Shown here piece by piece: positions 11,760-20,264 of a stretch of 64,000 nt of DNA. Source of the stretch: Gammaproteobacteria bacterium (lineage in GTDB: Bacteria; Pseudomonadota; Gammaproteobacteria; Ga0077536); the NCBI GenBank assembly GCA_965217605.1, contig CBDCJB010000005.1:1942-65941 (forward strand), in the 5' to 3' direction. A program made the translations under genes and the position numbers. The notes under the pieces are model-generated. The model was not told the DNA's origin and made no database searches. It saw only the letters and a list, made by a program, of their open reading frames with translations. The stretch's first letter is position 1. Each line of letters starts with the position of its first letter.

Positions 11760-12431
11760 GTGATTTCGTTCACCGACGTGTCGAAATCCTATCCCGGCGG
11801 AAACGAAGGTTTACGCCACGTCAACTTGCTCATCGATGCGGGTGAATTCACCTTTCTCACCGGCCATTCCGGCGCGGGGAAAAGCACCTTGTTGCGCCTC
11901 ATTGCGCTCATGGAGCGCACCAGCCGCGGCCAGGTCGTCGTCGACGGACGTAATCTCGAACGCGTGCCGCACGATGAGATCCCGTATTACCGCCGTCGGA
12001 TCGGTATGGTGTTTCAGGAACACAAGCTCTTGTCCAAACGCACCGTGTTCGACAACGTCGCCCTGCCGCTCGTGTTTGCAGGGATTAAGCGCAGCGAGGC
12101 CCGCAAACGCGTCCACGCCGCGCTCGACAAGGTTAACTTGCTGAAAAAAGAACGCGTCACGCCGGAAACCCTGTCCGCGGGCGAACAGCAACGGGTCGGC
12201 ATTGCGCGCGCCGTGGTCAACCGCCCGACCATCCTGCTGGCCGACGAACCGACCGGCAATCTCGACCCCGATCTGTCACACGAAATTCTCGGTCTTTTCG
12301 ATCAGTTTAATCAGGTGGGCGTCACCGTGATCATCGCGACACACGACGCCGATCTGTTAAAAACGGCGAGTCGCCGGATCATCGAGTTGCGTTACGGTAA
12401 GCTCGTGGCCGATTCGGCGCGCAGCCTGTGA
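11760..12431 (+). CDS. ftsE: Cell division ATP-binding protein
   Basis: LTGHSGAGKST, YRRRIGMVFQ, EQQRVGIARA, LADEPTGNLD; synteny. Confidence 0.96.
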   Translation: MISFTDVSKSYPGGNEGLRHVNLLIDAGEFTFLTGHSGAGKSTLLRLIALMERTSRGQVVVDGRNLERVPHDEIPYYRRRIGMVFQEHKLLSKRTVFDNVALPLVFAGIKRSEARKRVHAALDKVNLLKKERVTPETLSAGEQQRVGIARAVVNRPTILLADEPTGNLDPDLSHEILGLFDQFNQVGVTVIIATHDADLLKTASRRIIELRYGKLVADSARSL

Positions 12432-13393
12432 ATTTACGCCGCTCGAATACGCCCGGCGGCGCGCAGCGCTATCGGCAGGAGTCGATCCTTGCACAACATA
12501 TGCAGGCCTTAACCGAAAGTGCTGGACATCTGCGCGCGAATCGATCGGCGAGCATGATGGGTATCGCGGTCATGGCGATCGCCATCGCGCTGCCCGCGTT
12601 GATGTATGCGTTCGTGCAAAATCACCGCATGCTTTTCGAAGACTGGGGTGGTGAGCCCAGCCTGACCGTATTCCTCGCACAGGCGGTCGACGAACCGGCG
12701 GCCGACCTTTTGCGCACCCAACTGCTGAGCGATCCGCGCACGATGAGCATTCGCTTCATCCATCGCGATGAGGCGTTTGCAGAGTTCGCCGCGGCCTCGC
12801 GTTTGGCGCACTCGATCGACGCGCACGCCAACCCCTTGCCGCACGTGTTCATGTTGACGCCGAACGCCGAGGCGTGGGCGGTCGACCGAGGCGCCGCGCT
12901 GATCGAATCGCTCGAGGCCGACGCATCGATCGACGCCGTATTGGTCGACCTCGCCTGGGTCGAGCGCCTGGATGCGATAGGCCACTTGGCCGAGCGCGGC
13001 GTGATGCTGCTGGCGGTGGTTCTGGCCGGCGGCGCGTTGCTGATCGTCGGCAATACCATTCGCGCGCTGGTCCACGAACACCGCGACGAGATCGACGTGT
13101 TGAAGCTCGTCGGCGCGACGGATGCGTTCGTGCGCCGCCCGTTTCTTTATAGCGGCGCCACCCATGGCTTGTTGGCGGGCGTAGCCGCGGTAGTGCTGGT
13201 GCAGGCGATCTTCGTGGCCCTCGATAGCCCGGTCGCGGGTATCGCGCGCGCCTATCTGAGCGACTTCCGCGTGCACGGCTTCAGCGCCACACAAGCGATG
13301 ACGCTGATCGCTTTGTCCACCGCGCTCGGGTGGTGCGGCGCCTGGTTGGGTGTGCGTTTAAGCCTCCGTCCGTTCGGTTCGTCTGCACTCTAG
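12428..13393 (+). CDS. ftsX: Cell division permease
   Basis: NPLP, IVGNTIR, EIDVLKLVGATDAFVRRPFLY. Confidence 0.93.
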   Translation: MNLRRSNTPGGAQRYRQESILAQHMQALTESAGHLRANRSASMMGIAVMAIAIALPALMYAFVQNHRMLFEDWGGEPSLTVFLAQAVDEPAADLLRTQLLSDPRTMSIRFIHRDEAFAEFAAASRLAHSIDAHANPLPHVFMLTPNAEAWAVDRGAALIESLEADASIDAVLVDLAWVERLDAIGHLAERGVMLLAVVLAGGALLIVGNTIRALVHEHRDEIDVLKLVGATDAFVRRPFLYSGATHGLLAGVAAVVLVQAIFVALDSPVAGIARAYLSDFRVHGFSATQAMTLIALSTALGWCGAWLGVRLSLRPFGSSAL

Positions 13394-13410
13394 ATCACCG
13401 CGTTAGCGTT

Positions 13411-13437
13411 GAACTTCAACCGCCTTTAGCACTCTAA
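13411..13437 (+). promoter_or_regulatory. SigmaE (RpoE/AlgU)-type promoter of rpoH
   Basis: GAACTT-N16-TCTAA. Confidence 0.75.
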
Positions 13438-13452
13438 CCCCGAGAGTGCTAA
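13426..13452. promoter_or_regulatory. CIRCE element (HrcA operator)
   Basis: TTAGCACTC-taaccccga-GAGTGCTAA, exact consensus with N9 spacer. Confidence 0.95.
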
Positions 13453-13491
13453 AATGCGCGCCGCCAAACATCGAGGGAGGTGTGGACACTG

Positions 13492-14364
13492 ATGGATTCA
13501 GCCCTGAATTTGCAACTTCCGGTACCGGTAGGGTCACTCGAAGCCTATATCGATGCGGTCAATCGCATCCCGCTGCTGTCGGTCGAACGAGAGCAGGCGC
13601 TGGCACGTCGGTATCGCGAGGAAGACGATCTGGACGCCGCGCGCGAGCTCGTGCTCGCACATTTGCGCTTTGTCGTGAGTGTCGCCCGCCGCTACAAGGG
13701 CTATGGACTGGCGTCCGGCGATCTGGTTCAGGAGGGCAACATCGGCTTGATGAAAGCGGTCAAGCGCTTCGACCCCGATGTGGGCGTACGCCTCGTGTCC
13801 TTTGCCGTACATTGGATCAAGGCTGAAATACACGAATTCATCCTCAAGAACTGGCGCATCGTCAAGGTCGCCACGACCAAGGCCCAGCGTAAATTGTTCT
13901 TCAATTTGCGGGGGGCGAAGAAATCGCTGGAGTGGATGGGCGCGGACGAAGTCGACGCGATGGCGGATGAATTCGACGTCGATGCGCGCGATGTGCTGAC
14001 GATGGAGCAGCGCTTGAACGCGCGTGACGTGCCGTTCGACGCCAACCCGGAGAGCGACGACGACGAATTCGCGCCCGCCGCTTACTTGCAGGACCAGCGT
14101 TTCGAGCCCTCCCGACTCCACGAAAAAGCCGAAACCGGTGCGGCGCAAACCGAGAGCTTGCGCGAAGCGCTGGCTGAACTCGATGACCGCAGCCGGGACA
14201 TCGTCATCAGTCGCTGGTTAATCGAACCGAAAATGACGCTGCATCAACTGGCCGAAAAATACGACATCTCCGCCGAGCGCATTCGTCAATTGGAGAAGAA
14301 AGCGTTTGAGGCGTTGCGAGAAGCGATCCCAGGCTTGCAACACGAACTGGAAGAAGGCGCTTAA
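13492..14364 (+). CDS. rpoH: Heat-shock sigma factor sigma32
   Basis: RpoH box QRKLFFNLR, DLVQEGNIGLMKAV, SAERIRQLE; follows ftsYEX. Confidence 0.97.
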   Translation: MDSALNLQLPVPVGSLEAYIDAVNRIPLLSVEREQALARRYREEDDLDAARELVLAHLRFVVSVARRYKGYGLASGDLVQEGNIGLMKAVKRFDPDVGVRLVSFAVHWIKAEIHEFILKNWRIVKVATTKAQRKLFFNLRGAKKSLEWMGADEVDAMADEFDVDARDVLTMEQRLNARDVPFDANPESDDDEFAPAAYLQDQRFEPSRLHEKAETGAAQTESLREALAELDDRSRDIVISRWLIEPKMTLHQLAEKYDISAERIRQLEKKAFEALREAIPGLQHELEEGA

Positions 14365-15053
14365 GACCGTCCAGCGCGGGCGTATAAAGACGCCAGGTAC
14401 AGCGTAAGAAACAACGCGAAGTAGTATTCCTGCGGTTCGCTGTAGCGCAGTTCGTACGGCAATGCTTCTATATCAAAAAGCTCTTTGACGCGCTCCGGTA
14501 ACCGCACGACGATGGCCAATGTCGCGGCCGGCATACAGTCCATCGTCGGCCAGAACCAATAGCGAAACGTGTCCGGTGCGAGTCGGGAGCCACGGCGCAA
14601 TTCCAACAGGGGTACAACGACGCCGCCGACGAGCACCCAGATCTCGAGCAACAGGCGCGGTTTCTGATCGAACCAGCTACTCACATTATGCAGGTTGGTT
14701 TCGCGCTGATCGTTAATGCGCTCGATGGCTGCCGGCGTCTCCCACTTGAAAAGATGCTGTCCCCACGAGATTTCTTCGCCGGCGAGATAAATACAGGCGA
14801 CTGCGATCAAGCCAACCCAAGCGCGGAGCCCGGTGCCGCCGGCGCGTTCAGCACGCCTTAAACAGCGGATCCCGATCACCGCGCCGATCAGGGCGAGTAC
14901 GGGCGTAGCCAGTTCGATCAGACCCAGCTCACCGTCGATCCACGCACTGTAGGCGCTTGGATCGATGACTCGAACGGGAAGGATGACGACGAGCAGCAGT
15001 GGCGGAAACCACAACCACAACCACCTTGGTAATACCGGCGCCGGGCGTGCCAT
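14361..15053 (-). CDS. Hypothetical multi-pass membrane protein
   Basis: Several TM helices, GEEISWGQH and QRETNLHN segments; 11 bp downstream of cyoE. Confidence 0.75.
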   Translation of the reverse strand: MARPAPVLPRWLWLWFPPLLLVVILPVRVIDPSAYSAWIDGELGLIELATPVLALIGAVIGIRCLRRAERAGGTGLRAWVGLIAVACIYLAGEEISWGQHLFKWETPAAIERINDQRETNLHNVSSWFDQKPRLLLEIWVLVGGVVVPLLELRRGSRLAPDTFRYWFWPTMDCMPAATLAIVVRLPERVKELFDIEALPYELRYSEPQEYYFALFLTLYLASLYARAGRS

Positions 15054-15064
15054 CGGCGCGGTGT

Positions 15065-15982
15065 CTAAGCGAGCCCGAGTAACTTCAGCAGCGCCGACCA
15101 ATAATGGTCGAGAAAGAAAAAGAAGAACAAGCCCGTCAAGTACACGATCGAATAGCGAAACGCCGCCATCGCCAGTTCGTCGTCGTGATCGGTTTGCATA
15201 CGGATCGCGTAGTAGAGGAAACCGGCGTCAAGCGCGAGCGCTCCGATTAAATAAACTACGCCGCTCATGTAGGTCGCGAAGGGCAACAGGGTCGCGACGA
15301 CCAGGATCACGGTATAGAGGAGGATCTGCAGGCGCGTGTAATCGACGCCATGCGTGATCGGCAACATGGGAATATCGGCGTTTGCATAGTCTTCGCGCCG
15401 ATAGATCGCCAGCGCCCAAAAGTGTGGCGGCGTCCACGCGAAGATGATGAGAAACAAGAGCAAGGCATGGGGATCAACCTGCCCCGTGACGGCAGTCCAT
15501 CCGAGGACTGGCGGCGCCGCACCCGCGGCGCCGCCTATCACGATGTTCTGCGGGGTCGCGTACTTGAGATACATCGTGTAGATCACGGCGTAGCCAATGA
15601 GCGAGGCGAAGGTGATCACGGCCGTCAGCACGTTGACGAACGCCACCAGGAGGTACATCGATATCGCGCCGATGAGCAGCGCAAACGCGAGCGCTTGCGC
15701 CCGGTTCAAACCGCCCTGCGGCAGCGGGCGGTTGCGCGTTCTCGCCATGAGCGCATCGATGCGGTGTTCGGCGACGTGATTGATCGCGGCAGCGGATGCT
15801 GCGGCGAGCGCTATACCGAGCGTCGCCGGGATAAACAGGCTCAACGGTACGGCGCCGGGCGTCGATAAAAACATCCCGACCACCGCGGTAAATACGATGA
15901 GGACGACGACACGCGGCTTGCACAACTCGGCGTAATCGCGCCAGTGGCCGATCGACGCCGAAACTGCAGTCGTGCTTGTCAT
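15065..15982 (-). CDS. cyoE: Protoheme IX farnesyltransferase (heme O synthase)
   Basis: [38 protein letters not shown]. Confidence 0.96.
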   Translation of the reverse strand: MTSTTAVSASIGHWRDYAELCKPRVVVLIVFTAVVGMFLSTPGAVPLSLFIPATLGIALAAASAAAINHVAEHRIDALMARTRNRPLPQGGLNRAQALAFALLIGAISMYLLVAFVNVLTAVITFASLIGYAVIYTMYLKYATPQNIVIGGAAGAAPPVLGWTAVTGQVDPHALLLFLIIFAWTPPHFWALAIYRREDYANADIPMLPITHGVDYTRLQILLYTVILVVATLLPFATYMSGVVYLIGALALDAGFLYYAIRMQTDHDDELAMAAFRYSIVYLTGLFFFFFLDHYWSALLKLLGLA

Positions 15983-15994
15983 GAGCTCAGTCGT

Positions 15995-16972
15995 TCACAT
16001 CCGGCGCGTTAGGTAAAGCAGCGAAACCAGGCACATCAGGAGCACGGCGGCTCCCGCGTTGTGGGCCACGGCGACGGTGAGCGGCAGTCCACCGACGACG
16101 TTCGAAATACCCAAGGTGAGTTGGCCTACGAGTGCCGCGAGTATACACCAGGCTACGCGCAGCAAGCGTTGCGCGCCGCTCTGGAATACGCGCCAGACCA
16201 GGCCCAAGATGACTGCGGTCGCGACGATCGCGCCCAGCCGATGCACGACGTGAATGGCCGTTCGCGCGGGTGTCTCGAGGACGCCGAACTCGTAGTTGAT
16301 GCCGAGGCCGCGCCACAGTACGAAGGCTTCGCCGAAATCCATTTGCGGCCACCATTGTCCCTGGCAGGTGGGAAAATCCGTGCAGGCGAGCGCGGCGTAG
16401 TTCGCGCTCGTCCAGGCGCCCAGAAAGATCTGCACGAGTAACACGCCGGTTGTAAACCATACCGCTCGGCGCAGCGTACCGGCGTCGTCCTGCGATCGTG
16501 GCGCCGTTCGCAAACCGAGAAAATTCCACCAGAGCAACGCCAACGTCGCAAACCCGCCGAGCAGGTGCGCGCCGACTACGAGCGGTTTCAACAGCAGAGT
16601 CACGGTCCACATACCGAGTGCCCCCTGAAAGACGACCAGTGGCACCAAGCCGTATACGACGAGGTTCGAGCGGCCGCGCCGCTCGGCGTTGCGCGCGGAT
16701 ACCGCCATGATCATGATCCCGAGACCCAAGGCGCTCGCGGCATAGCGGTGCGCCATCTCACGCCGTGCTTTGCCAGTCTCCAACGGCCGCCACCGGGGAT
16801 CGTTACCGCGGATCTCCCCAGGCGCGCTCGGCACGGTCAAACGCCCGTAACAGCCGGGCCAGTCCGGGCAACCGAGACCAGCGTCGGTGAGCCGCACGTA
16901 GGCCCCGAGCACGATGACGATCAAGGCCAACGCGGGCAACACACCCGACAGGAAACGGTAGATCGCGTTCAA
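15995..16972 (-). CDS. ctaA: Heme A synthase COX15/CtaA
   Basis: GAYVRLTDAGLGCPDWPGCYG, EMAHR, HLLGG, HRLGA. Confidence 0.93.
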   Translation of the reverse strand: MNAIYRFLSGVLPALALIVIVLGAYVRLTDAGLGCPDWPGCYGRLTVPSAPGEIRGNDPRWRPLETGKARREMAHRYAASALGLGIMIMAVSARNAERRGRSNLVVYGLVPLVVFQGALGMWTVTLLLKPLVVGAHLLGGFATLALLWWNFLGLRTAPRSQDDAGTLRRAVWFTTGVLLVQIFLGAWTSANYAALACTDFPTCQGQWWPQMDFGEAFVLWRGLGINYEFGVLETPARTAIHVVHRLGAIVATAVILGLVWRVFQSGAQRLLRVAWCILAALVGQLTLGISNVVGGLPLTVAVAHNAGAAVLLMCLVSLLYLTRRM

Positions 16973-17544
16973 TTGATTTTTGACGCCCTGAGCAGGCGCT
17001 TGATGTCTTTTTTGATATCCCCGGGCGGCACGTCGACATCGAAAACGATCATCATCTGCCGCCGCCAGTCGAGGAACACGATGCCGCGGTCCTGCATGCC
17101 GGCGCCCCGTTCTGCGAGCGTCGCACTAAGGAAGGTTCGCGCGGTTCGATCCGCAATCATTACAACGCGTAATGCGGAATCGGTCGTGTCGTCGATCAAA
17201 GCCGCGATGCGTACGCGTGTCGCGCCCTGCCCGAGGACGGTGCGTATGGTCGCGAGTTTGTTCAAGGCCGCCTCACAAGTGGCCGCACATGGGCCCGGGC
17301 CGACGTATACGATCGCCCATTCGCTGGGCTCGAGTTTGATTTCATCCAGCGCCTGCAGTTCGGGATGCGCGCCGACATCGACCGGCGGCTGAATCAACGT
17401 GCCGTGGTTGAGCAAGCCTTGGCCCGTCGACGGCGGGCGAACGACCGCCAGCCACCAGGCCGCTATCATCGGTACGGCGAACACCGCCACCAAAGCTAAG
17501 ATCGTCGGTGCTGCGCGAGGTTTCCTTGCGGCGGGTTCAGACAT
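16969..17544 (-). CDS. Membrane-anchored cox-operon protein (SCO/thioredoxin-like)
   Basis: N-terminal TM, NHGTLIQPP, CAATC, DIKRLLRAS; lies between SURF1 and ctaA. Confidence 0.8.
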   Translation of the reverse strand: MSEPAARKPRAAPTILALVAVFAVPMIAAWWLAVVRPPSTGQGLLNHGTLIQPPVDVGAHPELQALDEIKLEPSEWAIVYVGPGPCAATCEAALNKLATIRTVLGQGATRVRIAALIDDTTDSALRVVMIADRTARTFLSATLAERGAGMQDRGIVFLDWRRQMMIVFDVDVPPGDIKKDIKRLLRASKIN

Positions 17545-18265
17545 CGTTCTCGTCGCCGCGCCGGCGCAAGAACCATACCCCGAATACGACGACCACGCCG
17601 GCCATCGCAAACCACTGTACGGCATAGGCTGAATGGCGCGCCGAGCCGTCACCGGGTGGCGCTCGATCGACGTTCAACGCGCCGACGGAATCCGCGTCGA
17701 GGTAGATCAAGGTCGGCCACAGCGCAACGTCCAACGCCTCCGCCATCACGGCCATCATCGGTCGCTGTAGCCTGTACAAGGCCGGACTCAACGCTTCGAT
17801 CGCATCGGTTTCGCCCGGTAGCACGATACCGACGACCGGCTCCGGACCCAGATAGCCGTTGATCGTGACCGACTCAATCGGTGTGGGAAGGTCCGGCACC
17901 TCCTCGCGCCCGCCGCGCAGAGGTATCCAGCCCCGATTCACCAGTATCGTTCGCCCACTTTCCGATTCGACAGGGCTCAATACTTCATAGCCGGCTTGAC
18001 CTTTGTAGATCCGGTTGTCGAGCAGTATCTGCGTCTCGAGGTAGCGGCCGGTGAGCGTCGTTCGACGCCACAGGTATTCTGCCGGCAGTGTGTGTTCGGC
18101 GATCAATTCGAACGGCAGCGGCGCGGCATTGAAGCGTTCGCTGAACGCCTCATGGCGCACGCGTTTCTCATCCGCGCGATGCAACTGCCAGAAGCCCAAG
18201 GCGCAGAGCAGCGCGAATCCCAATATGAAAACCGCGATCGAAGCGATGCGTTGCATCAACGCCAT
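17537..18265 (-). CDS. SURF1 family protein
   Basis: LGFWQLHRADEK, LLDNRIYKGQAGYEVLSP, ILVNRGWIP, HSAYAVQWF. Confidence 0.93.
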   Translation of the reverse strand: MALMQRIASIAVFILGFALLCALGFWQLHRADEKRVRHEAFSERFNAAPLPFELIAEHTLPAEYLWRRTTLTGRYLETQILLDNRIYKGQAGYEVLSPVESESGRTILVNRGWIPLRGGREEVPDLPTPIESVTINGYLGPEPVVGIVLPGETDAIEALSPALYRLQRPMMAVMAEALDVALWPTLIYLDADSVGALNVDRAPPGDGSARHSAYAVQWFAMAGVVVVFGVWFLRRRGDENDV

Positions 18266-18333
18266 TATGTCCTCGTCGAGCGATCGCCGATAATGATGCC
18301 GAGCCCTTGCGTCACGCTCGTCTGATACCCGAC

Positions 18334-18540
18334 ATGTCATTCGCCAAGATTTTGATCCTAGGAGTATTCGTGCTCATCCTGGTTTCTCTGGGGACGGCCG
18401 CCTACAGCTTGTTTAAAGGCGATGACCGTGACGGCACGGCGACGGTAAAAGCGCTTACGGTGCGGGTCATCTTATCGATCGCGCTGGTCATCGTAATCAT
18501 GGCCTTAAATGCTCTGGGGTTAATAGCACCGCACGGGTAA
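18334..18540 (+). CDS. Twin transmembrane helix small protein (DUF2909-like)
   Basis: ILVSLGTAAYSLFK...ALTVRVILS...GLIAPHG, opposite strand within cox cluster. Confidence 0.88.
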   Translation: MSFAKILILGVFVLILVSLGTAAYSLFKGDDRDGTATVKALTVRVILSIALVIVIMALNALGLIAPHG

Positions 18541-18542
18541 GC

Positions 18543-18612
18543 ATGATCCCGGATTCCGCTACGCTCCATCCAGGTTACACCGAAGGAAAGAGGTAGCGGA
18601 ATCCGGGATCAT
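18543..18612. repeat. REP family A pair, one arm truncated
   Basis: 20-bp perfect IR ATGATCCCGGATTCCGCTAC / GTAGCGGAATCCGGGATCAT. Confidence 0.85.
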
Positions 18613-18616
18613 TATG

Positions 18617-18643
18617 AAAAAAGGGCGCTCGTCGGCGCCCTTT
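18617..18643 (-). terminator. Intrinsic terminator after coxC, possibly bidirectional
   Basis: AAAAAAGGGCGC-tcgtcg-GCGCCCTTT hairpin; U6 tail on minus strand. Confidence 0.75.
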
Positions 18644-18664
18644 AATCGTCAGAATACTGGTGCG

Positions 18665-19540
18665 CTATATCCAATACACGAACGTAAACAGCCCGAGCCA
18701 TACCACATCCACGAAATGCCAATACCAGGCAACCGCCTCAAACGCGAAGTGGTGTTTCGGCGTGAAATGACCCCTGAGCGAGCGCACAAATATCGTCGCC
18801 AGCATCACCGCGCCCATGGACACGTGAAAACCGTGGAACCCGGTCAACATGAAGAACGTTGCCCCGTAGATCCCGGAGTTCAAGGTCAGGCCGAGTTCGT
18901 GGTAGGCATGGCCGTATTCGCCCGCTTGCAGGTACACGAATAAGACGCCCAAGGCCACGGTCATCCCGAGCCCGATGGTGAGCTGCTGCCGGCTCCCTTT
19001 CTTGAGGCCCCAGTGCGCCCAGGTCACGGTGGCGCCGCTCGACAGCAGGATGATGGTGTTCCAGAAGGGGATACCCCAAGCGCCGATCGTCTCCTTGAAC
19101 TGCATGAATCCGTACGTCGACGGCGTAGCGAACAGCGGCCACGCAGCGGCAAACTCGGGCCATAAAAATTCATTCGTCGCCATCCCGGAGCCTTCACCCC
19201 CGAGCCACGGCACGGAGAAAATCCGTGCGTAGTACAGCGCGCCGAAGAACGCCGCGAAAAACATGACCTCTGAAAAGATGAACCACGCCATGCCCATGCG
19301 AAAGCTGACGTCGACCTGATCGTTGTAGACACCGCCTTCGCTTTCCCCGATCACGGTGCCGAACCAGCCGAACAGCATGAAGACGAACAACAGGAACCCG
19401 CTGCCCAAGATAAACGGCCCGGCACCGAGCCCGTTGAGCGTGGTCGCGCCGCCGACGAACATCGTGAAGATCGCGATCGTGGCGATGATCGGCCACTGAC
19501 TCGGTTCGGGGATGTAGTAATCGGAATGTGCTTCAGCCAT
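18665..19540 (-). CDS. coxC: Cytochrome c oxidase subunit III
   Basis: WFIFSEVMFF, TGFHGFHV, FEAVAWYWHFVDVVW. Confidence 0.96.
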   Translation of the reverse strand: MAEAHSDYYIPEPSQWPIIATIAIFTMFVGGATTLNGLGAGPFILGSGFLLFVFMLFGWFGTVIGESEGGVYNDQVDVSFRMGMAWFIFSEVMFFAAFFGALYYARIFSVPWLGGEGSGMATNEFLWPEFAAAWPLFATPSTYGFMQFKETIGAWGIPFWNTIILLSSGATVTWAHWGLKKGSRQQLTIGLGMTVALGVLFVYLQAGEYGHAYHELGLTLNSGIYGATFFMLTGFHGFHVSMGAVMLATIFVRSLRGHFTPKHHFAFEAVAWYWHFVDVVWLGLFTFVYWI

Positions 19541-19573
19541 GAGGGTGATCTCTGTGTAATGTCCTGTTGGTAT

Positions 19574-20128
19574 CTAGTTCAAAAACGCGTTCGCGGTCTC
19601 CGACGACTCGAAGAACGTGTAGGCGAGCGTCAGTATCTCGATTTCTGCCGGCAATTCCGCATCGACGACGAACCGGACCGGCATCACGCGCGACTCGCCG
19701 GCTTCGAGCGCTTGGCGCGTAAAGCAAAAACACTCGGTTTTATTGAAATACCGCGCTGCCTTGTTCGGCGCGACGCTTGGCACCGCGCTGCCGGTGACGG
19801 GCCATTGTGCGTAATTCGTCGCCTCGAATTCGACGGTCGTTTCCGCGCCGGGGTGCACGGCGATCTTGTTCACGAGCGGCTTGAAGTCCCACGGCAGGTC
19901 GGCGTTGACGCTGGTCACGAACTCGACGGTGACGTAACGGGTTTCATCGACTCGGACCACCGCTGCGTCCGTTGCCGACAAGCGCCCGGTCTTGCCATTC
20001 AGGCCGGTGAGCTCGCAGAAGACGTTGTACAAAGGCACGAGCGCATAGCCGAATCCGAACATGAGGCAAGTCGCTATCAGCAGTTTCGCCACCGTACGCC
20101 GATTAGCTGTTTCAGGTGATGCCGTCAT
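19574..20128 (-). CDS. ctaG: Cytochrome c oxidase assembly protein CtaG/Cox11
   Basis: VPLYNVFC, YFNKTECFCF, LAYTFF. Confidence 0.95.
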   Translation of the reverse strand: MTASPETANRRTVAKLLIATCLMFGFGYALVPLYNVFCELTGLNGKTGRLSATDAAVVRVDETRYVTVEFVTSVNADLPWDFKPLVNKIAVHPGAETTVEFEATNYAQWPVTGSAVPSVAPNKAARYFNKTECFCFTRQALEAGESRVMPVRFVVDAELPAEIEILTLAYTFFESSETANAFLN

Positions 20129-20132
20129 GGTC

Positions 20133-20258
20133 CTAAAAGCGCGACAGGATACCGTAGCCGTAGATCGCTACTGCAATCACCGCGAGCACGATCGCCATGC
20201 GCACGGCGTTGCGGCGTTGAGCCTCATGTAGTTTCGACGATTCATCCTGCTCCACCAT
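20133..20258 (-). CDS. 41-aa single-TM small protein between coxA and ctaG
   Basis: Manual translation MVEQDESSKLHEAQRRNAVRMAIVLAVIAVAIYGYGILSRF; fills the gap with 6- and 4-bp spacers. Confidence 0.7.
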   Translation of the reverse strand: MVEQDESSKLHEAQRRNAVRMAIVLAVIAVAIYGYGILSRF

Positions 20259-20264
20259 CGTGTG

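Noticed and set aside
18334-18540. Opposite-strand gene interrupting the cox operon
   Set aside because: Real gene, but a common arrangement in beta/gammaproteobacteria; not novel
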